A stretch of 64,000 nt of DNA from the IMG/VR virus record IMGVR_UViG_3300032050_000048, positions 8,476 to 72,475 of that record. One strand, given 5' to 3'. The first letter of the stretch is position 1. Each line of letters opens with the position of its first letter. The position numbers and the translations under genes are program-made. The notes beneath the pieces are model-generated. The model was not told the DNA's origin. It worked only from the letters and a program-made list of their open reading frames with translations, and did not search any database. This DNA is from a virus (Duplodnaviria > Heunggongvirae > Uroviricota > Caudoviricetes). Shown here piece by piece: positions 1-9,411 of the stretch.

Positions 1-569
1 TTATTACCGAATCACAATATAGTAGAATTGTTGACATTAAAGAATCTAAAGTACAAAATATTTTAATAGAACATAATTTTAATAAAATATACAATGAACT
101 TTATGATAAAATGTTAAAATCAGTTTGTTTAAAATATTCTGATGGTGATTATGAAAAAGCACAAGATTTTTGTCAAACAGGGTTTATTAAAGCTTATCAA
201 AAATTTGATCAATTTAGAGGTGAAAATGTTGCCGGTTGGGTATCAATGGTAATAAGAAATCATATTTTGGATGAATTAAGAAAAGAAAAAAATAAAAAAC
301 AGGTCAAAGATTTTGATTTTTCAAAATACAATCCAAAGGATGAAGAATATGACGATTTATTTATGGGTCAATATTCAGAAAAAGATATTAGAGATGCAAT
401 AGACACACTATCACCAATGTATAAAAAAGTTTTAGAGTTATATTATTTTGATGATTTAACACACGATGAAATTGCTAAAAAACTTGGAATATCAACCGGA
501 ACGTCTAAATCAAATCTATTTAAAGCGAAAGCTAATTTAAAGAATTACCTTGAAAAGAATTTTTTATAA
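1..569 (+). CDS. ECF-type sigma-70 family RNA polymerase sigma factor (5' partial; ORF open to window start in frame 3)
   Basis: Region 2-like segment FCQTGFIKAYQKFDQFRGENVAGWVSMVIRNHILDELRK. Region 4 HTH LTHDEIAKKLGISTGTSKSNLFKAKANL. No stop codon upstream in frame back to position 3. Confidence 0.7.
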   Translation, partial: ITESQYSRIVDIKESKVQNILIEHNFNKIYNELYDKMLKSVCLKYSDGDYEKAQDFCQTGFIKAYQKFDQFRGENVAGWVSMVIRNHILDELRKEKNKKQVKDFDFSKYNPKDEEYDDLFMGQYSEKDIRDAIDTLSPMYKKVLELYYFDDLTHDEIAKKLGISTGTSKSNLFKAKANLKNYLEKNFL

Positions 570-591
570 AAGTTAAATATTTATAAATGTT

Positions 592-1254
592 ATGAGCTAC
601 AAAAGAATTTTAATTGAAGAAAAAGAAAAACAGGAAATATTATCAAAATATTATCCCCAAAATAAAGTTGTTAGTGAACAATTTGATAAAACAAAAGGTA
701 CTTACACTTTAACTAGAGACCACGTTGTTGATAGAAGAGCTGGCGAATTTTACGAACCTAAACAGTATACACTACCAAAGGGAAGTAAAGTTTACAGAGA
801 CTTTAAAAATAACAACCCAGAAAATGGTGTATTCTTTAGTGAAGTAAAAAAAGGTGAGCGTAAAATATATAATGAAGCTATTATGTATTGTGATAAAGAT
901 GAATTTTATATTGAAGATAAGCAATATCACGAAAATATAACTCCAGGATCAAATGGTTTAATGTCATTTTTGAAAAAAACTTTCTGTAATGGTACAACAA
1001 TAAAACCTTGGGAAGATTTGACAGACAAAACAATTACTGATGATAAAGTAAAAATACCAAAAGATAAATATTGTATGTTAGGTGGTGATAGTAAATGGTT
1101 TTACGGTAGAGTTGGAAGTGATTGGTACGCAACCAAAAGAGATTTAATAAATTGGATTAAATTAGACCCAATTAAGTACGCTAGTGCTATTGAAAAATTA
1201 GAATTAGGTGCGACACGTAGTGATGGATCACCTTGTACACCAACTTTAGGTTAA
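592..1254 (+). CDS. Hypothetical protein; C-terminal ~50 aa module shared with CDS 4419..5138
   Basis: 220-aa ORF. C-terminus W(F/T)Y..WYATKRDLINWIKLDPIKYASAIEKLELGATRSDGSPCTPTLG is paralogous to the C-terminus of 4419..5138. Terminator follows. Confidence 0.55.
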   Translation: MSYKRILIEEKEKQEILSKYYPQNKVVSEQFDKTKGTYTLTRDHVVDRRAGEFYEPKQYTLPKGSKVYRDFKNNNPENGVFFSEVKKGERKIYNEAIMYCDKDEFYIEDKQYHENITPGSNGLMSFLKKTFCNGTTIKPWEDLTDKTITDDKVKIPKDKYCMLGGDSKWFYGRVGSDWYATKRDLINWIKLDPIKYASAIEKLELGATRSDGSPCTPTLG

Positions 1255-1263
1255 AAAAACAAT

Positions 1264-1288
1264 CCCCTCTAACCGGAGGGGTTTTTTA
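1264..1288 (+). terminator. Rho-independent terminator
   Basis: Hairpin cccctct-aacc-ggagggg followed by a T-run. Confidence 0.6.
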
Positions 1289-1317
1289 TTTAAAAAATAT
1301 TTCATATAATTGATTTT

Positions 1318-1539
1318 ATGAAAACACTATATCAATATTTTGCAATATTTCTATTAGATTTATTCTTACTTTACATCTTTATCCCAGTTATGATATTATC
1401 GTTTATTAATAATGATATTTTACTTTTAATTATATCATCAATTGTTGTTGCAACAGATCTAAACGAGTTAATAACAAGACATAGAAACTTTGTTTTGTAT
1501 TACCCTAACTTTGAAGATAAATGGTTAAAAATTTTTTAA
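1318..1539 (+). CDS. Small hydrophobic (membrane) protein
   Basis: 73-aa ORF, strongly hydrophobic N-terminal half; ORF track. Confidence 0.35.
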   Translation: MKTLYQYFAIFLLDLFLLYIFIPVMILSFINNDILLLIISSIVVATDLNELITRHRNFVLYYPNFEDKWLKIF

Positions 1540-1787
1540 TTGATATGGGAACAGTTACAAAAAAACTTTTTAATATTTTAGATAAATCAAAAGAGGATAA
1601 TCTTTCTCCAGAGACTCTTGAGTATGTGAATAAATTAAGATCCGAGGTTGAGACACTAAAAAAAATGGAAGAAGACATTGTTAATAGAGCATATATTAAT
1701 GGGTATGATGACTGTGAGGTTAAGAGGAATAGAAAAATGAATTATTTTCTTTATACTTACGATATGAATAAATTATTTAATCTATGA
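1521..1787 (+). CDS. Hypothetical protein
   Basis: 88-aa ORF in a co-oriented overlapping gene chain. Confidence 0.35.
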   Translation: MVKNFLIDMGTVTKKLFNILDKSKEDNLSPETLEYVNKLRSEVETLKKMEEDIVNRAYINGYDDCEVKRNRKMNYFLYTYDMNKLFNL

Positions 1788-2080
1788 TTAATCAAGAAGA
1801 AAGTATTCAGAAGTTTCTTAATAACATATTTAAAAATTCAAGAATTACCGACATTGACATAATCAAAGATGTTAAAATAATTAAAGTTGGGAATGAAGGA
1901 CAATTATTTATATTTGATAGTTGGGTTAAAATCTATAGAATAAGTCCTATGTTATTAGATTTAATTACAAATACATTTGGATTTATAGAGTTAGAACTTT
2001 TATATAGACTAACAACTAGGGTTGTTGAAACAAAATTCAATATGGATTTAAGTGATTATATCACATTTGAAGGTTTGTAA
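1784..2080 (+). CDS. Hypothetical protein
   Basis: 98-aa ORF with ATGA overlap to the preceding gene. Confidence 0.35.
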   Translation: MINQEESIQKFLNNIFKNSRITDIDIIKDVKIIKVGNEGQLFIFDSWVKIYRISPMLLDLITNTFGFIELELLYRLTTRVVETKFNMDLSDYITFEGL

Positions 2081-2116
2081 TTCTATTTACTAGATATTTA
2101 TATTAAAACTCTAGTA

Positions 2117-2407
2117 ATGAAAAAACAAATACGACTAACGGAATCTGAATTGATAAACCTAATAGAAAAAATTGTTAAGGAGAACGAATACTCTGTTGAA
2201 CCACAAATACCAACACAATCAAGGGAAAAGGATGTAAAACAAGTGTTTGGTCAAAAATATGGTGCCTACATTCCAATTGATGTTTTAAGGTATATGAGAA
2301 AAAGTCCAGCAAAAATATTTGCCAGACTATATGAAATCTATGGTGATAAAGCATATGAATATCTAGATAAGGCAAAAAATAAAAATCTACCTGGAGACGA
2401 TTTTTAA
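2117..2407 (+). CDS. Hypothetical protein with conserved N-terminal leader (MKKQIRLTESELINLIEKIV)
   Basis: N-terminal motif shared by at least 12 proteins in the window. Confidence 0.5.
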   Translation: MKKQIRLTESELINLIEKIVKENEYSVEPQIPTQSREKDVKQVFGQKYGAYIPIDVLRYMRKSPAKIFARLYEIYGDKAYEYLDKAKNKNLPGDDF

Positions 2408-2412
2408 TTTAT

Positions 2413-2634
2413 ATGAAAAATTATATTATCACTGAAGGTCAACTTAAATATATTTTATCTGAGAACTCGGATAAAATAAAAAAAGGTATTGCCTTTAAAA
2501 TCACACACGAAGATAATTTAGAACCAGTTTATGAATCAAAAATGATGACTTTTGACTCTGAAGTTGATTTTGAATCATTTAAAGATAACCTACCGGAAGA
2601 TCAAGAAATTATCGGTATTATAGATATTGATTAA
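2413..2634 (+). CDS. Hypothetical protein (weak leader-family N-terminus MKNYIITEGQLKYILSEN)
   Basis: 73-aa ORF. Confidence 0.4.
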   Translation: MKNYIITEGQLKYILSENSDKIKKGIAFKITHEDNLEPVYESKMMTFDSEVDFESFKDNLPEDQEIIGIIDID

Positions 2635-2636
2635 TT

Positions 2637-3155
2637 ATGGATAAATATAAAAAAGCCGGCTTCAAGTTACTTTTAAACCACATCAAAAAAAAGTATCCAT
2701 TTGTAACTGGACTCAAACCTAATTTTGAAGCTTTTGAAAGATATGGAACTTTTTTATCTTTTGATATTGAGTTTGACTTAGTTAAATTTTATAAATCCGG
2801 AGCACCATTCCCAAAAAATTATATTGTAAATAAATCATTATGGGAGATATTAGAGCAGGAGGGGTATTATTTAATGAGATATGTTGATGGATCAGCAGAT
2901 GAAAACTATTCGTCAGATTATAATGCGGAATTTATAAAACATATGAATAGTTTTTACTCACACTTACCAGATTATATGAGGTATTCAATATTTGAAGGTT
3001 ATTCAGATGATCAATTAGAAAAAGCGGTATCAATGAGTTTAGAAGGTGCAAAAAGATGGCAAAACGAAAAAGAACCAGTTAAAACGGAAATTTCTTACTG
3101 GCAACCAAAAGTTGATTTTGATAAACTTAATGAGATGGTAGAAAGTATTTATTAA
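2637..3155 (+). CDS. Hypothetical protein
   Basis: 172-aa ORF in the gene chain. Confidence 0.45.
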   Translation: MDKYKKAGFKLLLNHIKKKYPFVTGLKPNFEAFERYGTFLSFDIEFDLVKFYKSGAPFPKNYIVNKSLWEILEQEGYYLMRYVDGSADENYSSDYNAEFIKHMNSFYSHLPDYMRYSIFEGYSDDQLEKAVSMSLEGAKRWQNEKEPVKTEISYWQPKVDFDKLNEMVESIY

Positions 3156-3273
3156 TATGAAAAAAAAAGAATCAAAACCAAGAAACAAAAGAAACTTAAA
3201 AAAATTTCTTAAAAGACTTAAAAATAATGTTGAGTTACTTAACAAGTATACAAAAGAATTAAAAAAATAAATT

Positions 3274-3816
3274 ATGGGAAAAAAAATTATAATTTCTGAA
3301 AGTCAGCTAGAAAGACTAGCAAAATTAATTGCCGAAGCGGTATCTGGGTATGACGACATTGATACAATGATTATGCATGGAGGACATTCAATGATACTAC
3401 TTCACGAAACTGGAAAGGACTTACTTAAAGTTTTACAAGGAATGCGTATTATGTTAAATGATGGTGACATTTCTAGTGTTGATTTAAAAGAAAATATAAC
3501 CGCAGCAAACGATCTTATTGGTGAAATAGTTAAAATTATGGAGATTGTCTTAAATGACTTTTCTGAAAAACTAACAATAGAAAAAGGTGAAATTTTAATT
3601 GATAAATTAAAATCTTTTACAAACAGAACAAGACCGCTTTTACGATTTGGGGATGAAGACTTAAATAAAAAACAAGTTATAAATAAAGTAACCAAGTTAG
3701 TTAATGATTTATTTGACGATTTTCTTAGTTATTATCAAGAGTTATTAAAAACACATACAACTTTTAAAAATAGAATTGATAAATTTAGACCACAGGCTAG
3801 ACCGGAAGACAATTAA
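3274..3816 (+). CDS. Hypothetical protein with N-terminal leader (MGKKIIISESQLERLAKLIAEAV)
   Basis: Leader family member. Confidence 0.5.
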   Translation: MGKKIIISESQLERLAKLIAEAVSGYDDIDTMIMHGGHSMILLHETGKDLLKVLQGMRIMLNDGDISSVDLKENITAANDLIGEIVKIMEIVLNDFSEKLTIEKGEILIDKLKSFTNRTRPLLRFGDEDLNKKQVINKVTKLVNDLFDDFLSYYQELLKTHTTFKNRIDKFRPQARPEDN

Positions 3817-3822
3817 TTTTTT

Positions 3823-4380
3823 ATGAAAGTTATATTATCTGAATCACAAATAAATAGAACACAAAAAATGATAATAAGTTCAGTTAATCAAATTGGGGTT
3901 ATTAAGACTATGAAAAAATTTAATCTAAACTTAACTGGAATTAATAAAATTCTAAAAGATGTTGATTTAGAGGTTTTTGATTTAGATGTAGATAAAATTA
4001 GTGATATTATTATTCTTTTAATTCGTTATAAATTAACTGAAGTTAATTTTATGTTTGATAACGTTGAAATTGTTTTTGGTAGTGATAGAAATTATTACGT
4101 AACTATTGAGATAAACGTTTTTACTGACAAAGAAATGATTTCGTATTATGGTTATGCAACACCTTTTCTTGAAGGAGATGAAATGTTACCAATTGAAATT
4201 AGCGATAAATACGTACATAATAATAAAACAGAAGATGTTAAAAACTATAATATAGATTTTAAAAGTTATATTGATACACCAATGAATTTTAAAACATTCC
4301 AGGACCTTACAACTTGGGTTAAAGAAACATATCCTCAAATAATATATGAAGAAACAAAGAACTTAACTAAAAATATGTAA
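3823..4380 (+). CDS. Hypothetical protein with N-terminal leader (MKVILSESQINRTQKMI)
   Basis: Leader family member. Confidence 0.5.
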   Translation: MKVILSESQINRTQKMIISSVNQIGVIKTMKKFNLNLTGINKILKDVDLEVFDLDVDKISDIIILLIRYKLTEVNFMFDNVEIVFGSDRNYYVTIEINVFTDKEMISYYGYATPFLEGDEMLPIEISDKYVHNNKTEDVKNYNIDFKSYIDTPMNFKTFQDLTTWVKETYPQIIYEETKNLTKNM

Positions 4381-4418
4381 ATTTTCAATATAAACCCAAT
4401 ATTTATAAATAAAAATCA

Positions 4419-5138
4419 ATGAAAAGAATAATTACACTTACAGAAACAGATCTTACAAGAATTGTAAGAAGAGTTATAGAAGAACAGACTTATAAGTTAA
4501 ATTCCGACGGAACTTACACTTTAAAAAATACACAAACATTAAGCTTGGCTGGTACTGATGCTGATGATTTCACACAAAAAGCAACAATTGAAGGCAAACC
4601 AGTAACATTAACTGGTGATATGAAAGGTATTAAAATTAAAATCCCAACCGGTACTATTTTATCACCAGCTGCAGATGACAAACATATAATGTTTGATGGT
4701 CATATTGATTATACTCGCGGAAATGAAACTTTAACACAAAAGTTAGACGGAAAATTTTCAATGACTTGTGGTGATGTTACAGGAATGCAAAGTGGTGGTA
4801 AAGGAACAATAATGTATCATAACAATAAAAAACTAGTAGCTCTTGGGTCACCAGAAGGATTTGTTAAAACAATTTTGACTTTATTTTGCGACGGAACAAA
4901 ATTAAAGAAAAGACCAGTGGTTGATAACCAAATTGTCATACCAGCTAACCAACATTGTACGCTAAGTGGTGATAAAGAATGGACTTACGCCTTTAAAAAT
5001 AATAATTGGTACGCATCTAAAGATAAAGGTATAAAATGGATTAAACTTGACTCTACAAAGTACGCTAGCGCTATTGAAAAATTAAAGTTAGGTGCTACCC
5101 GTAAAGATGGGTCTCCTTGTATGCAAACATTAGGATAA
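4419..5138 (+). CDS. Hypothetical protein with N-terminal leader (MKRIITLTETDLTRIVRRVIEEQ) and C-terminal module shared with 592..1254
   Basis: Leader motif at the N-terminus. C-terminal EWTYAFKNNNWYASKDKGIKWIKLDSTKYASAIEKLKLGATRKDGSPCMQTLG. Confidence 0.55.
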   Translation: MKRIITLTETDLTRIVRRVIEEQTYKLNSDGTYTLKNTQTLSLAGTDADDFTQKATIEGKPVTLTGDMKGIKIKIPTGTILSPAADDKHIMFDGHIDYTRGNETLTQKLDGKFSMTCGDVTGMQSGGKGTIMYHNNKKLVALGSPEGFVKTILTLFCDGTKLKKRPVVDNQIVIPANQHCTLSGDKEWTYAFKNNNWYASKDKGIKWIKLDSTKYASAIEKLKLGATRKDGSPCMQTLG

Positions 5139-5146
5139 ACACATAA

Positions 5147-5181
5147 ATAAAAAAAAGGAGGTTTAAAACCTCCTTTTTTTT
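5147..5181. terminator. Bidirectional rho-independent terminator between convergent genes
   Basis: Hairpin aaggaggtttaaaacctcctt flanked by an A-run and a T-run. Confidence 0.65.
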
Positions 5182-5605
5182 ATTCTACCTCAACAACCTC
5201 AAGATCAAAAATTAATTTTTTACCAGCTAGTGGGTGATTTGCGTCAATTACAACAACCTCATCTTGGATTTCAGTTACTTTTACAACACTTGGACCATTA
5301 GGACCCATAGTTTGAAGTAGGGCACCTACTTGAACCCCTTCAGGAACTTGTGTTTTTGGGACTGTAATAAACAAATCATCAACAACATCCCCATATGCTT
5401 CAGTATGTGGGATTTCAATTGTTTTTTTATCACCAATAGTCATATCAATAAGACCGGACTCAAACCCAGGAATCAGCTGTCCTTGACCTAAAGTTGCTTT
5501 TAATGGTTCTCTACCCTCATTTAAAGAAGAATCAAAGATAGAACCATCATCTAATCTCCCGGTGTAATGAACAGTCACCGTGCTGTTTGCGTTAACTTTA
5601 CTCAT
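5180..5605 (-). CDS. FKBP-type peptidyl-prolyl cis-trans isomerase (SlyD-like)
   Basis: VTVHYTGRLDDGSIFDSS...LIPGFESGLIDMTIGDKKTIEIPHTEAYG, then an insert domain, then KLIFDLEVVEV; the classic FKBP fold signature. Confidence 0.85.
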   Translation of the reverse strand: MSKVNANSTVTVHYTGRLDDGSIFDSSLNEGREPLKATLGQGQLIPGFESGLIDMTIGDKKTIEIPHTEAYGDVVDDLFITVPKTQVPEGVQVGALLQTMGPNGPSVVKVTEIQDEVVVIDANHPLAGKKLIFDLEVVEVE

Positions 5606-5659
5606 AATTTAATGTTTTAATCAATTTTAATTCTTTTATATGTATTTGTAAATGTGTTT

Positions 5660-6004
5660 TTACTCATTTAAATCAAAAGATGACTTAATTATTATAGAAT
5701 TACCCAATCCTACTACTTTCCAGGCTGTTTGAACACATAAATTAACACCATCTGGGTATAAATCCTCCAATTTTTCCAAATTATCGGTATGTAAGGTAAC
5801 ATCTATAGCATATGAATCTGATTTTCTCACATAAAACACATTATTTATGTTAATTTTACTATTTTTACCAAAATATGACTCAATAGTCGGCCTTAACTGG
5901 GTATTTAGAAACTTTTGGAGTGTTTTTTTCTGTTTCATACCTAAAATATAGTACAATTTATATAAAATGTCAGTATTTGTTTGACTTTTCCTATAAATTA
6001 CCAT
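5660..6004 (-). CDS. Hypothetical protein
   Basis: 114-aa ORF co-oriented with the FKBP gene. Confidence 0.4.
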   Translation of the reverse strand: MVIYRKSQTNTDILYKLYYILGMKQKKTLQKFLNTQLRPTIESYFGKNSKININNVFYVRKSDSYAIDVTLHTDNLEKLEDLYPDGVNLCVQTAWKVVGLGNSIIIKSSFDLNE

Positions 6005-6030
6005 ATTTTTAGGTAAAATACAAGAAAATT

Positions 6031-6279
6031 ATGTTATTTACAATCGTTTTAATCGTTTTTACGTTAATTTTGGGTACAATGACCCTTATGATGTACCTTT
6101 GGTGGAGAAAATATGGTAGAGATCTCTTTAAAACCATAAAAAATATGGGAAATATGGTAAATTTTGGTAAAAATGACGCATTTTCGGCTAATTTTGGTAA
6201 AAAAATGCCAAATATTGATGAATATAAGCAACAAATCAAGATGTTACAGGATATTATGGGTAAAAAACCAAAAAAATAA
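6031..6279 (+). CDS. Small membrane protein (N-terminal TM helix, Lys-rich C-terminus)
   Basis: 82-aa ORF. Preferred over the overlapping minus-strand ORF 6009..6284, whose product is low-complexity and hydrophobic. Confidence 0.35.
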   Translation: MLFTIVLIVFTLILGTMTLMMYLWWRKYGRDLFKTIKNMGNMVNFGKNDAFSANFGKKMPNIDEYKQQIKMLQDIMGKKPKK

Positions 6280-6372
6280 CCCATTTTTACTCTTTTTTAA
6301 CCTAAAATAATGGGTTTTATTGTTAAAAAACACCGATAAAACCCTTGTTTTTAGGCCATATTAGGTATAAAA

Positions 6373-6528
6373 TTACCCCTTTTTAGGTGTATTTTTAACC
6401 TCAATTTCGTATGGTCCAGAGGTTGCTTTGTAATTATCGTATTTCCAGATGATAATACAATCATCATAAACAAAAGTTCTTTCGTATTTCTTTTGTTCTC
6501 CTTTGGTATTTGACTTACTTTTACTCAT
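6373..6528 (-). CDS. Small hypothetical protein (51 aa; not in ORF track)
   Basis: MSKSKSNTKGEQKKYERTFVYDDCIIIWKYDNYKATSGPYEIEVKNTPKKG. Read by hand; sits between a terminator hairpin and the upstream gene. Confidence 0.25.
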   Translation of the reverse strand: MSKSKSNTKGEQKKYERTFVYDDCIIIWKYDNYKATSGPYEIEVKNTPKKG

Positions 6529-6543
6529 AGTTTACAAATATAA

Positions 6544-6570
6544 TAAAAAACCCTCACATAATGAGGGTTT
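6544..6570 (-). terminator. Rho-independent terminator for minus-strand gene 6595..6831
   Basis: Hairpin ccctcacataatgaggg with a T-run on the minus strand. Confidence 0.55.
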
Positions 6571-6594
6571 AGCAAACAATTTTCCAGTAAATTT

Positions 6595-6831
6595 TTAATC
6601 TTTTTTAAATTTGTTCTTTGTAAACTTGTCAATTGAGGTCAATCCAAGACAACCAAAAGCAAGTAAAGCAACTGCGTCAACTAAAGCATCAGACGGTTTA
6701 ATATCTCCGTGAGTAAAGGTGTTTATAACTAGAGCTAAAACAAGTCCTAGTGTACAAATCAACCCAGAAATTCTCTTTGTTGATACAACTCCGTGTTCAT
6801 CCGTTAACATTTCTCTAAAAAATCCTTTCAT
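6595..6831 (-). CDS. Small two-TM membrane protein, holin-like
   Basis: 78 aa. Hydrophobic segments ISGLICTLGLVLALVINTF and AVALLAFGCLGLT, with a charged C-terminus KFTKNKFKKD. Confidence 0.45.
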   Translation of the reverse strand: MKGFFREMLTDEHGVVSTKRISGLICTLGLVLALVINTFTHGDIKPSDALVDAVALLAFGCLGLTSIDKFTKNKFKKD

Positions 6832-6880
6832 AATTATTGTTTTTTATATCAATAAATATTTACTTTTTAAAAAAAGAAAA

Positions 6881-6906
6881 GGGACAGTAGCGAATTGTCC
6901 CTTTTT
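6881..6906. terminator. Rho-independent terminator (hairpin gggacagtagcgaattgtccc)
   Basis: Perfect 7-bp stem; T-runs on both strands. Confidence 0.55.
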
Positions 6907-6943
6907 GTTCGTTGCCTTAACGACAACGGTCCTAAATAAACTC

Positions 6944-7480
6944 TTATTGTCCTTTAACTAGGTTAACGCATTGTTTTAAATACTCTTTAGCTCTTGGGGA
7001 TGGAGTGTATTCGTCATCCTTAGTCTGTAGATTCAAAATCCTTTCAATATCTTTAACAAGTTCTGTTCCGTGTTCGTTTTCTTTGTAAAGTTCAATGATT
7101 TTATCCATAGCTTTATGACATTCACCACTTGTTTCATCGTAGTAGTTTTTATTTCTAAAACGATTTAAGTTATGCATTATATCATAAGCAAGATGAGATC
7201 CACCATCTTTTACATCTTTAAATAATCTAATGTTGTTTAAGATTCCTAACGTATCAACCATTGAGTTAACACCCATTCTTCTTTTTGTGATTCCAGGGGA
7301 ATATTTAACATATTCATCGGCTTGACCAACAATTTCATCAAGTGGGATTATGTTTTCCGGAATACATCTAGGTTTTGGTGGTTCTTTTTTACCTTTATTT
7401 GATTCTGGCTGCTCGTTTTCGCTAAGAACCTTCTTTATCACCTTGACAAGATCATTTTCTGATAATCTAATTCTTTTCAT
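6944..7480 (-). CDS. Hypothetical protein with N-terminal leader (MKRIRLSENDLVKVIKKVLSENE)
   Basis: Leader family member on the minus strand. Confidence 0.55.
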   Translation of the reverse strand: MKRIRLSENDLVKVIKKVLSENEQPESNKGKKEPPKPRCIPENIIPLDEIVGQADEYVKYSPGITKRRMGVNSMVDTLGILNNIRLFKDVKDGGSHLAYDIMHNLNRFRNKNYYDETSGECHKAMDKIIELYKENEHGTELVKDIERILNLQTKDDEYTPSPRAKEYLKQCVNLVKGQ

Positions 7481-7557
7481 ATAATGATTTTAATAATAAA
7501 TATCTTTTATTTAAATATTTTTCAATGTATTTATAGATATAAATATCACAATAAGGT

Positions 7558-8169
7558 ATGAATTTAGAAAATAATATAAAGAAAATACTTTCTGAGGAAT
7601 TGGATTCTAAAATGGTATTAAAAGAATCGGTTGAAATATCAGATAATTTAAAATATCATTTAGACAATAAAATTACACTTTCGGAAAACGTTTTTAGAGT
7701 TTATTCCGAATCTTTTTTTGATTTAATTAATGAAGTTAGAAATCTTTATGAATTTGGTCTGATTGAATTAAATAAAGATGATAAATGGATTATTGAAAGT
7801 GATTTGGGTAAATCTATAACTCTTGATGATGGGAGAGTTGTTTATCTTGACGCTCCATTTGAAATTGAGGAAACTTTAACTGAAGTAAAACATCGTGGAA
7901 AAAATGTTAAATTAAATAGTCCATTTAGAACCCCAGGAGGACCAAAGAAATTTGCGGTATATGTTAAAACCCCGGGTGGTAATGTAAAAAAAGTTACTTT
8001 TGGAGATCCTAATTTGAGAGTAAGAAACGCAAGTAAAGCAAGAGCAAAGTCTTTTAGAGCAAGACATAAATGTGACCAAAAGAAAGATAGAACAACTGCC
8101 GGATACTGGAGTTGTAATGTCTCAAGATATAGAAAAAAACTTGGCTTAAAGTCATCAAGAAGTTGGTAA
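7558..8169 (+). CDS. Hypothetical protein with basic C-terminal region
   Basis: 203-aa ORF, C-terminus rich in K/R (KARAKSFRARHKCDQKKDRTTAGYW). Overlapping minus ORF 7842..8174 judged spurious. Confidence 0.5.
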   Translation: MNLENNIKKILSEELDSKMVLKESVEISDNLKYHLDNKITLSENVFRVYSESFFDLINEVRNLYEFGLIELNKDDKWIIESDLGKSITLDDGRVVYLDAPFEIEETLTEVKHRGKNVKLNSPFRTPGGPKKFAVYVKTPGGNVKKVTFGDPNLRVRNASKARAKSFRARHKCDQKKDRTTAGYWSCNVSRYRKKLGLKSSRSW

Positions 8170-8175
8170 TACAAA

Positions 8176-9411
8176 ATGAATTTATTTGATAAATTTACAA
8201 ACCCAAATTACATTAAAAAATTTAACTACTTTTTAAAAAAAGTGGTTGAGCCGGCTTTTAGTGAAAGGTATAAAAAAAATTATAGTGGTAAATTTGACTT
8301 TAGTTTATATGGAATTGACATAAAACCAAAGGAACCTTATATACCAGGTGAAGATTTTTCTGATTACAAGTCAGATGAGTTAGGGGTTACTTTTTTTATT
8401 GATAGCACATCAAACGATATACCTCAAAATTTTTTTTTAGAAGTAATGTTTGACAGAGGTTCAAAGATATTGGAGTTTAATCTGGATAATTACTTTGGAT
8501 TGGGAGGCACCTTTATGGTGAATTTTTTATTTAATCAAAGACCACCCAACCCAATTACATATGTCACTGGGAATAACATCCAGGAAAAGGTTAACCCATC
8601 TGGAAGAGCCATAAAAAATATTTGTGATTCTGAAAAGTTTTGTAAGGCACAAGGAAAAATAACTTTTGGTCAACTAGAAGCAATATTTGAATCTGCAACA
8701 AGAAAAAGAATTTTTACACATCTTGGTGTTGGTGGGTATAAAGCGACATTAAGATTATTACCCTGGTTTTTACCACAAATTGCATTAGCTGGAGCCGCCG
8801 CATCAATTACAAGGGCTATAAATAAAATTGTAAGACCGGCACTTGAGGATACTGAAAAATATAGAACCTGGTGGGGAAAGATGACCCTTAAGGCTTTTGA
8901 TGTATTTGAGGGTGAACTAAACGTTGAGGATCCATTATCTAAAATATTTTTTATATCGGACGGCCTTTTAGCTATGATTAGAGAAAACGACAAAATTCAA
9001 TTTGCTAGGTATATTGCTGATATCGCAAGTACGAAACCAGAAGATGAAGAGGTTCCGGAATACTTTGTTGAAAACGAATTAAGAAACTGGTTAAATGAAA
9101 AATATTTACTAGACCCCAAGTTAGGACCAAAACAACAAAATACAGATGACTTACCATTTGATGAGGTAAATGAAAGTGGTGTTAAACGTAGAACATTTAA
9201 AAGTGGTATAAATGAACACGAACTAAAATGGCATTTTGACGAAAGGGATAGAAAAGTAAAAGTTGTCAAATCAAATGGGTGGAAACTACAAATGGATAAT
9301 GAAATACCAAAACAACTAAAGGAAGGGCAAACAATATTTATCCCTAAAGGTGTTTACCACAGAGTAATCAAAGGTGATGGTGAACTAATTGTAAAAATTA
9401 AAGAATTTTAA
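8176..9411 (+). CDS. Hypothetical protein
   Basis: 411-aa ORF; internal minus-strand ORFs rejected. Confidence 0.5.
   Translation: MNLFDKFTNPNYIKKFNYFLKKVVEPAFSERYKKNYSGKFDFSLYGIDIKPKEPYIPGEDFSDYKSDELGVTFFIDSTSNDIPQNFFLEVMFDRGSKILEFNLDNYFGLGGTFMVNFLFNQRPPNPITYVTGNNIQEKVNPSGRAIKNICDSEKFCKAQGKITFGQLEAIFESATRKRIFTHLGVGGYKATLRLLPWFLPQIALAGAAASITRAINKIVRPALEDTEKYRTWWGKMTLKAFDVFEGELNVEDPLSKIFFISDGLLAMIRENDKIQFARYIADIASTKPEDEEVPEYFVENELRNWLNEKYLLDPKLGPKQQNTDDLPFDEVNESGVKRRTFKSGINEHELKWHFDERDRKVKVVKSNGWKLQMDNEIPKQLKEGQTIFIPKGVYHRVIKGDGELIVKIKEF

Noticed and set aside
6009-6284. Minus-strand ORF overlapping 6031..6279
   Set aside because: Its product is almost purely hydrophobic low-complexity (FFGFLPIISCNILICCLY...). 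The plus-strand partner has a TM helix plus a charged tail and fits the local gene direction better, though neither is certain.
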